Virus record (IMG/VR): IMGVR_UViG_3300036770_007034
Coordinates: 23,060-87,059 of that record
Length of the DNA: 64,000 bases
Origin: a virus
Reading direction: 5' to 3' (one strand)
Shown piece by piece: positions 58,935 to 64,000 of the stretch. The stretch's first letter is position 1; each line of letters begins with the position of its first letter. The translations under genes were made by a program, and so were the position numbers. Below the pieces are notes generated by a model, which made no database searches, was not told the origin of the DNA, and saw nothing but the letters and a program-made list of their open reading frames with translations.

Positions 58935-59162
58935 TCAGCTTTTTGAGCGTCGACGATCTACTTCAGAAGGCTTGAGAAGATAGTCTCGGCCAACATGCCC
59001 CTCTTCGATCTCTCGCAACGCAGTGACCACTGAATTGTCATCACATGCGATGTGCGGTTGCCAACCGCTGTTGAGTTCTCGGGCACGGCGAGCCGCGATC
59101 AAGATCATTTCGTATCTGTTGCCGATCTGTTGTACTGCTACTTGACTGGTGATTCGTGCCAT
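58935..59162 (-). CDS. rpoZ: RNA polymerase omega subunit homologue
   Basis: MARIT...IGNRYEMILIAARRAREL...VVTALREIEEG; AAAGGA SD before ATG 59162. Confidence 0.85.
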   Translation of the reverse strand: MARITSQVAVQQIGNRYEMILIAARRARELNSGWQPHIACDDNSVVTALREIEEGHVGRDYLLKPSEVDRRRSKS

Positions 59163-59189
59163 GATTGTCCTTTGTTTAGATTGGAAAAA

Positions 59190-59410
59190 CTGCTCTGACA
59201 GCCCACGGCGGTGATTTCTTTTACGACCCACTACGCCTGGTTAGTTCCCACGGGCAGCCATCGCTCCCGTGAACCCCTCAGCAGGCAGAATAAGGTAGTG
59301 GGACCTCCGCTCCTCGACCCAGGCCCGTTTACGCATTGCCAGCGCCAGTTCGGTTGGACTGGAACCACCCGTGGCCACCACGCCACTTCATCGTCTGGGT
59401 CAGACTAGAG
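59190..59410 (-). ncRNA. Unassigned structured RNA upstream of rpoZ
   Basis: Nested stems TCTGAC/GTCAGA, CCACGG/CCGTGG, GGTGGTT/AATCACC, CCAGT/ACTGG and CACGGG/CCCGTG; crossing GCCTGG/CCAGGC and CCCACTAC/GTAGTGGG. Confidence 0.6.
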
Positions 59411-59431
59411 GGAGGTACCCCTCGCGTTCTT

Positions 59432-59505
59432 TGGAGCGGCGAGCGGGAATCGAACCCGCGTCATGAGCTTGGAAGGCTCTCATTCTACCATTGAACTACC
59501 GCCGC
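59432..59505 (-). tRNA. tRNA-Gly(TCC)
   Basis: GAGC-CT TCC AA-GCTC with TCCA end. Confidence 0.92.
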
Positions 59506-59513
59506 TTGCTGTT

Positions 59514-59587
59514 TGGTTGCGGAGGAGGGAGTCGAACCCCCAACACCAGCTTATGAGACTGGTAAGATACCATTTCTATACTCCGCG
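59514..59587 (-). tRNA. tRNA-Met(CAT), initiator-like
   Basis: CAT anticodon and C1:A72 mismatch; lacks the three G-C anticodon-stem pairs. Confidence 0.85.
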
Positions 59588-59627
59588 TCTGTATTCATGC
59601 CGCTTACGATTATGCGGCGTCTGTGTT

Positions 59628-60001
59628 GATGCTCGTATTCGCCTCTGCGATGTAGAGGACAGGAGTCGTAATCCTGTCATGCAGAGCACAGAGACTAGCC
59701 CAGACCGATTTAGTTTGTGGCAGTGAGTGGCTCCTGGATTTACGAAATACATAACACCAGGAATTCTATTGATCAGCATCACTGTTTGATCCACATTGAT
59801 TTGGGTACTACCGTGTGTTTGAGATCCGCACACTGATCGCTCAGCTAGAGCCGTTTTCCAGACGACGCACAGATCCCCAGAGGCATGTTTATCCGCCCGC
59901 CAGCGGTCCGGTCCAATAACGACTACAGCGGCCCTGGGTCGTCTACTCCCTTGGTAGTTAGGGTATTGCTTGCGAGGCTTTCTTTCGCTCACACCCAAAC
60001 C
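59628..60001 (-). ncRNA. One or two unassigned structured RNAs between tRNA-Glu and tRNA-Met
   Basis: Closing stems GGTTTGGGTG/TACCCAAATC (60001-59798) and GATGCT/AGCATC (59780-59628) with many internal hairpins; no credible ORF. Confidence 0.55.
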
Positions 60002-60005
60002 AATA

Positions 60006-60080
60006 TGGTACTCGGTAGGGGAATCGAACCCCTCTTCCCGCCGTGAAAGGGCGGTGTCCTAACCGATAGACGAACCGAGC
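60006..60080 (-). tRNA. tRNA-Glu(TTC)
   Basis: CCGCC-CT TTC AC-GGCGG and CCA. Confidence 0.95.
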
Positions 60081-60113
60081 ATGGAATACTTGTATTTTTA
60101 AAGAACAACTTGT

Positions 60114-60142
60114 ATTATATAGAAAAAGAAATTGAAAGTCAA
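60114..60142 (-). promoter_or_regulatory. Sigma70-like promoter TTGACT-N17-TATAAT driving tRNA-Glu and downstream RNAs
   Basis: GGTTGAC start, 17-nt spacer and consensus -10. Confidence 0.85.
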
Positions 60143-60485
60143 CCAGGTGTTTGGGTGATAAGGAACACCTGGAAATCCTCATCTAACCGATCAAGCGGCT
60201 AGAGCGTAAACCTCATCATTGGCGTTTACTTTGTTTTGCTTCTACGGCCGGGAAGTCCCAACCCTAAGGGCTTCTGCTTTGCCCCGCTGTCCACTCCGCT
60301 ACTCCTTGCCCTGTCGAAACCATGTTCAGGCCCATCAAAAGCACACTGACTTGGTTATATGGGGTCTTTGAAGTTATCTCTTGATCCTTACGGACTACAC
60401 CCAAAGGTCAGTATGCTTATGGTGGACCTGCCGGGATTCGAACCCGGGTCCAGAACATATTTTACTTCGCTTCATACAGCGATAA
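60143..60485 (-). ncRNA. ssrA: Circularly permuted (two-piece) tmRNA, tag ANDEVYALAA
   Basis: The T-arm and CAGGTCCACCA (ending 60420) come before GGGCCTG...TTCGAC (starting 60333); G3-U70 pair; tag ORF at 60223-60191. Confidence 0.92.
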
Positions 60486-60489
60486 TGCC

Positions 60490-60645
60490 CGCATGGCCTT
60501 TCGGCTGACCCCTACTGTCTTGGGCGTTGTAGGCAGTTCACGAGCTTGCCAGGACATGTACGGAGCTCGCGTCTCCTGTGGCCTCTCACCACATCGACAG
60601 AACCAGCAGATGAATCAGTGCCACTGGGTGTATACTCCTGCGCAA
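60490..60645 (-). ncRNA. Unassigned structured RNA or tmRNA precursor leader downstream of a late promoter
   Basis: Hairpins CCAG/CTGG, TGTGG/CCACA, CGAGCT/AGCTCG, CCTAC/GTAGG and GCC-GAAA-GGC. Confidence 0.45.
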
Positions 60646-60662
60646 TAAAACTATTTATAAAA

Positions 60663-60738
60663 TGGTGGAGCCGACAGGGATCGAACCTGCGACATTCTGC
60701 TTGCAAAGCAGACGCTCTCCCAACTGAGCTACGGCCCC
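60663..60738 (-). tRNA. tRNA-Ala(TGC)
   Basis: GGGGCCG...CGGCTCCACCA with G3-U70; TGC anticodon. Confidence 0.95.
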
Positions 60739-60749
60739 ATTGATCTTTT

Positions 60750-60824
60750 TGGTACCTGTGGGTGGGAACGATCCACCGGCCACCGCGTTATCAACACGGT
60801 GCTCTACCACTGAGCTACACAGGT
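60750..60824 (-). tRNA. tRNA-Ile(GAT)
   Basis: GAT anticodon; atypical T-loop ATCGTTC. Confidence 0.85.
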
Positions 60825-60833
60825 ATGTATATA

Positions 60834-60910
60834 TGGCCGGTCTGGCAGGATTCGAACCCACGACTTCCTGTTTCGAAGACAGGCACTCTGTCCAACTGAG
60901 TTACAGACCG
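60834..60910 (-). tRNA. tRNA-Arg(TCG)
   Basis: CCTGT-CT TCG AA-ACAGG and GCCA. Confidence 0.9.
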
Positions 60911-60915
60911 ATAGT

Positions 60916-60991
60916 TGGCCCGGCCGGCAGGAATCGAACCCACATCGGACGCTTTAGAAGAGCGTTGCCTTATCCATTAGACCACGGCCGG
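60916..60991 (-). tRNA. tRNA-Arg(TCT)
   Basis: ACGCT-CT TCT AA-AGCGT and GCCA. Confidence 0.92.
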
Positions 60992-60998
60992 AAATGTT

Positions 60999-61074
60999 TG
61001 GTGGTGATGGCTGGACTCGAACCAGCGGTCTTTCCCGTATGAAGGGCCTGCATTGGCCGCTATGCTACATCACC
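60999..61074 (-). tRNA. tRNA with CAT anticodon (elongator Met or Ile2)
   Basis: CCC-TT CAT AC-GGG; top two anticodon-stem pairs mismatched; ACCA. Confidence 0.8.
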
Positions 61075-61189
61075 ATATAGGAGCACACCAAGTCCAACAA
61101 TCTAGATATTTCTGAGGGGCATAGTCGACTTAGCCTCTAGCATCTCCACGCGGGGGTTGGATCTAACTGCGTTCAGATGTGCTTTTATA

Positions 61190-61265
61190 TGGTAGGGGCA
61201 CAGGGATTCGAACCCTGGACTCTCTGGTTAAAAGCCAGATACTCTTGCCGCTGAGTTATACCCCT
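61190..61265 (-). tRNA. tRNA-Lys(TTT)
   Basis: TCTGG-CT TTT AA-CCAGA and ACCA. Confidence 0.95.
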
Positions 61266-61311
61266 ATTGTACGTTTTCACGGATCCACTGCCAATATTCT
61301 TCTGTTGACAT
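61264..61311 (-). CDS. Putative 15-aa micro-ORF MSTEEYWQWIRENVQ inside the tRNA array
   Basis: AAAGGAG SD 7 nt upstream of ATG; fills the Thr-Lys spacer. Confidence 0.45.
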   Translation of the reverse strand: MSTEEYWQWIRENVQ

Positions 61312-61333
61312 GATGTTTCTCCTTTGTATGAGT

Positions 61334-61409
61334 TGGTGCTCCTAGATGGATTCGAACCATCGTTTCTGCCTTACCATGGCAGCGTGTTACCATTGCACAC
61401 TATGGGAGC
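61334..61409 (-). tRNA. tRNA-Thr(GGT)
   Basis: CTGCC-AT GGT AA-GGCAG and ACCA. Confidence 0.9.
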
Positions 61410-61412
61410 ATG

Positions 61413-61518
61413 TTGTTCCCGAGACCCGGCTTACCCGCGACCGGGTAGTCATCACTAGCCCAGAGATGGATTCAGCACTCTGGGCGACCGGCTGTACTTA
61501 CTGCGATGACTGGAACAA
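61413..61518 (-). ncRNA. Unassigned ~105-nt three-way-junction RNA
   Basis: TTGTTCC/GGAACAA closing stem; AGTCATC/GATGACT, GCCCAGAG/CTCTGGGC and CCCGG/CCGGG. Confidence 0.55.
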
Positions 61519-61521
61519 AGT

Positions 61522-61595
61522 TGGCAGGGGTACTTGGAATCGAACCAAGAACGCATGAATCAAAATCGTGTGTGATACCATTTCACCATACCCCA
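61522..61595 (-). tRNA. tRNA-Gln(TTG)
   Basis: TTG anticodon and GCCA end. Confidence 0.88.
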
Positions 61596-61602
61596 CCAGA
61601 AC

Positions 61603-61678
61603 TGGCGCCGCCTCGTGGGATCGAACCACGTTCCCTGGATTTTCAGTCCAGTGCTATGACCACATCAGCTAAAACGGC
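61603..61678 (-). tRNA. tRNA-Phe(GAA)
   Basis: CTGGA-CT GAA AA-TCCAG and CCA. Confidence 0.9.
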
Positions 61679-61680
61679 AT

Positions 61681-61755
61681 TGGTGCATCGTGAGAGGGTT
61701 GAACTCCCGACCTTGGCCTTGTAAGGGCCCTGCTCTACCACTGAGCTAACGATGC
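61681..61755 (-). tRNA. tRNA-Val(TAC)
   Basis: GGCC-CT TAC AA-GGCC and ACCA. Confidence 0.92.
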
Positions 61756-61827
61756 ATGAGAAAACCCAGACGCAGTTGCTTCAACATCCCGGAGCGGTCA
61801 AGAACCGGAGGTCTGGGCCATATTACT

Positions 61828-61902
61828 TGGAGCGGATAGTCAGGTTCGAACTGACGACCTACACGTTGGCAACGTGTCGCACTACCACTGTGCTATACCC
61901 GC
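61828..61902 (-). tRNA. tRNA-Gly(GCC)
   Basis: ACACG-TT GCC AA-CGTGT and TCCA. Confidence 0.93.
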
Positions 61903-61903
61903 A

Positions 61904-61986
61904 TGGTGCCCCTGCCCGGATTCGAACCGGGAAAATCTAGTCACTCCTTTTGAGAGAGCCGCCTTTTCCAATTTGGCCACAGGGGC
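61904..61986 (-). tRNA. tRNA-Leu(CAA)
   Basis: GCTCT-CT CAA AA-GGAGT, reduced variable region and ACCA. Confidence 0.88.
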
Positions 61987-62041
61987 GAGTTTGAGCGCAA
62001 GAGGCTGGCTTACAAGGCCGGTCGGCATTGCTCTCTATAGA

Positions 62042-62120
62042 TGGTCTCGGAGGTGGGATTCGAACTCACGATCTCCTGCTCCCAAAGCAGGCGCTTTAAG
62101 CCGGACTAAGCTACACCGAG
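62042..62120 (-). tRNA. tRNA-Pro(TGG)
   Basis: CCTGC-TT TGG GA-GCAGG and ACCA. Confidence 0.93.
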
Positions 62121-62126
62121 TTTGTG

Positions 62127-62203
62127 TGGTGCGGAAGGTGGGACTCGAACCCACAGGACCGGGATTTTAAGTCCCGTACGTATGCCGATTCCGTCACTAC
62201 CGC
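62127..62203 (-). tRNA. tRNA-Leu(TAA) without a long variable arm
   Basis: CGGGA-CT TAA AA-TCCCG; 77 nt; ACCA. Confidence 0.88.
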
Positions 62204-62863
62204 TCAATAATACTGATTGATGATTTCCTGTGCTATACCCATGTGCTCATGAGTAGTAGGATGGCCCCCAGGACGTTGTCTCCATGCGCCATTGGGATCA
62301 AATACATAGCCTAATCCATATTCCACAGGAAGTGCCTGTAATTCTACTAATTTTATTCCGAGATTTTCGCAAGCGTTTCTCACGGCGAAACTATAATTCC
62401 TTGCTCGTTCAACGAGTCGTTGATAGTCGCCGAAGTAGTTGCAGACAAAAAACTTATGCTGGCGTTCTAAGACATCTAGCAAATCTTCTCGATCGCTGGT
62501 TATATTGCACTCAGCGATGCGTTGTACTTTGTTGTCGTCAAACCGTGAAAAATCTTGATCCATACTACTGGCCCAACCAGGGATAAAAAACCAATGGCGG
62601 CCGGAATCTTCCCAGTGTAATCGATCCGGCGATGTCCAGGCCACGATGATGCTGTGTAGATCTCCGTCTCTTATCGCTGCCATAGCAGTGTGGTAGATGT
62701 CATCATTGCCAGATCCACTCAGCGCGAGATTTTCAACTTCGACACCTAATGTCTGACCTATCCAGGCCGGGTAAGCGTTTTTCGTATTGTTCTTGTGCAT
62801 GAATCCATTGAAGGTTTCGGCGCCGTGTGTGATAGAACAACCACATGCTACGATTTTCGTCAT
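62204..62863 (-). CDS. SGNH/GDSL hydrolase-like protein
   Basis: ACGCSITHG, NLALSGSGN, VAWT and C-terminal GHP; paralogue of 36721-37476. Confidence 0.65.
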   Translation of the reverse strand: MTKIVACGCSITHGAETFNGFMHKNNTKNAYPAWIGQTLGVEVENLALSGSGNDDIYHTAMAAIRDGDLHSIIVAWTSPDRLHWEDSGRHWFFIPGWASSMDQDFSRFDDNKVQRIAECNITSDREDLLDVLERQHKFFVCNYFGDYQRLVERARNYSFAVRNACENLGIKLVELQALPVEYGLGYVFDPNGAWRQRPGGHPTTHEHMGIAQEIINQYY

Positions 62864-62879
62864 GCAGATACTTATATCT

Positions 62880-62956
62880 TGGTGCCCCAGAGGAGACTCG
62901 AACTCCTAAAATTTGGTTTCTAAGACCAACACGTATACCAATTCCGTCACCGGGGC
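62880..62956 (-). tRNA. tRNA-Leu(TAG) without a long variable arm
   Basis: TTGGT-CT TAG AA-ACCAA; 77 nt; ACCA; 5' end overlaps the upstream CDS stop. Confidence 0.88.
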
Positions 62957-63783
62957 GAATATTGAGGAAAAGTATCAATCCACTCTTTTGATTTATAGAT
63001 CACAAACTTTTCACTATCTTCGAGCAATCTAAATAATTTTTTATCTTTATTGACTATGACATCGTAGTAGTCTAAAAATTTCAAGTCTTCGAGATTTTTT
63101 ATCTCTAGGCGTCGCTGCAATATCAAGTTTGGCTTCCTCTGCGATATGATCCAATTACCTAAAAGTTCATATTCACTGAACCAGATCCATCCACTTGAGT
63201 CCGGAAATAAATTCTGACCTATCGATGTCATCCAATCTTTTTTGAATCTACTTTCAATTGTTTGTTTCAGTGAAGCCCAGTCATTTTTTGTTATTTTCAT
63301 GTAGTCGCATACAAGGCTGTACGGTGTTTGTCTTGCTATTCCTGTGATAGCCTCGGCCGACCTATAATATAATTCTGGCTCGTTGTAGTGCCAAAAATAC
63401 ATGTCGGGCTGATCTGAAATTTGTGAATCTACTGATCTTATCCATAATGCATCTGGATCATGTATGATCATCTGATTGTAATCATAGTAATCGAGACAAC
63501 AAAGTTTTATTATCTGTTGTTTTATCCACCAACCAGTATGATTTGTGCGTCTCATGAAATCACTAAACTGCGGGTATTTCGCGATTATATCATCATCTGA
63601 GATGATGACAATGTTGGTCATGTCAATATCAAACTGGATTAGTAGTTTTTTTATCTTGTCTACGTCTATAGAGGTTACTATAAAAATTTTATCATGATGG
63701 TCGATAAAAATTTTATTATTTTGTAATTGCAAAATCATTTCACCAACTCGATGCGGCCCTACACAAATCAATTTTATATCCAT
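62947..63783 (-). CDS. DUF6492-like / GT-A fold nucleotide-sugar transferase-like protein
   Basis: GWWIKQQIIKL, HDPD (DxD) and FSEYELLGNW; visibly AT-rich. Confidence 0.6.
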   Translation of the reverse strand: MDIKLICVGPHRVGEMILQLQNNKIFIDHHDKIFIVTSIDVDKIKKLLIQFDIDMTNIVIISDDDIIAKYPQFSDFMRRTNHTGWWIKQQIIKLCCLDYYDYNQMIIHDPDALWIRSVDSQISDQPDMYFWHYNEPELYYRSAEAITGIARQTPYSLVCDYMKITKNDWASLKQTIESRFKKDWMTSIGQNLFPDSSGWIWFSEYELLGNWIISQRKPNLILQRRLEIKNLEDLKFLDYYDVIVNKDKKLFRLLEDSEKFVIYKSKEWIDTFPQYSPR

Positions 63784-63824
63784 ACCATACTTATTCTAGT
63801 AAAGCACCAGAGATTAGTGAACTA

Positions 63825-63899
63825 TGGGGTGAAGGACGGGACTCGAACCCGCACTACCTGATCCACAATCAAGTGTGCTACCATTACACTACCGACACC
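63825..63899 (-). tRNA. tRNA-His(GTG)
   Basis: CTTGA-TT GTG GA-TCAGG; encoded G-1 and C73; two acceptor-stem mismatches. Confidence 0.88.
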
Positions 63900-63905
63900 A
63901 TTGTT

Positions 63906-63995
63906 TGGCGGAGAGACTGGGACTCGAACCCAGAAGCCGGATTACGCCGACCGACGGATTAGCAATCCGCTCCAATACCATTATGGGACCTCTCC
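63906..63995 (-). tRNA. tRNA-Ser(GCT)
   Basis: GCGGA-TT GCT AA-TCCGT, long variable arm and GCCA. Confidence 0.93.
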
Positions 63996-64000
63996 TTGTT

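Noticed and set aside
59233-59240. CCAGGCGT in the rpoZ-upstream RNA is complementary to ACGCCTG(G) in the two leader motifs
   Set aside because: The match is only 7-8 nt and this segment is already used in intramolecular pairing; it is compatible with chance.
59190-60001. RNase P RNA, 6S RNA or group I intron as the identity of the structured regions
   Set aside because: I could not find GAGGAAAGUCC/AGAACCCGGCUUA, a single long 6S-type rod or group I core elements, so the regions are left unassigned.
59211-62170. Track ORFs in the RNA region (59576-59998, 60740-61042, 61874-62170 etc.)
   Set aside because: They overlap tRNAs, the tmRNA or structured RNAs and lack SD sequences or protein-like composition.
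1-64000. CRISPR array, integrase/transposase, reverse transcriptase/DGR, introns or inteins
   Set aside because: No regularly spaced direct repeats, no such protein motifs and no interrupted genes were seen by eye.
1-64000. Stop-codon reassignment as in some jumbo phages
   Set aside because: Genes are full length in code 11, TAA, TAG and TGA all end genes, and no suppressor tRNA is present in the window.

Overview
This 64 kb window looks like part of a large T4-like (myovirus-type, probably jumbo) bacteriophage genome. It uses the standard code. The host is most likely proteobacterial, inferred from sigma70-type promoters, the RpoZ N-terminus and the tmRNA tag ANDEVYALAA. From left to right: (1) 1-22.3 kb is a baseplate/tail module with gp25-like and gp6-like genes, a 4835-aa multidomain virion protein and two fibre-like proteins. 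(2) 22.4-45 kb is a dense modification island with glycosyltransferase-like genes, five nearly tandem Twitch/SPASM radical SAM enzymes, a carbamoyltransferase with a small partner peptide, an amidinotransferase, an SGNH-like protein, a DegT aminotransferase and an NAD-dependent epimerase. (3) 45-50.8 kb holds thyX, a MoxR/VWA-metallopeptidase pair and repeated early promoters. (4) 50.8-57.5 kb is an operon of PP-loop enzyme, sodium:solute symporter, class III aminotransferase and 2OG oxygenase, plus a sixth radical SAM and a second oxygenase. (5) 57.6-64 kb has rpoZ, 21 tRNAs, a circularly permuted two-piece tmRNA and several unassigned structured RNAs. The most striking unexplained signal is a structured 5'-leader motif present in two copies 34 kb apart: GACGCCT-hairpin-TTTACTA-hairpin-AACGCCG inside a closing stem. 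Its loops are conserved while its stems are fully covaried. One copy precedes the Thr/Ser-rich fibre gene and the other precedes the transporter operon. All calls were made by eye; no database search or folding program was run.
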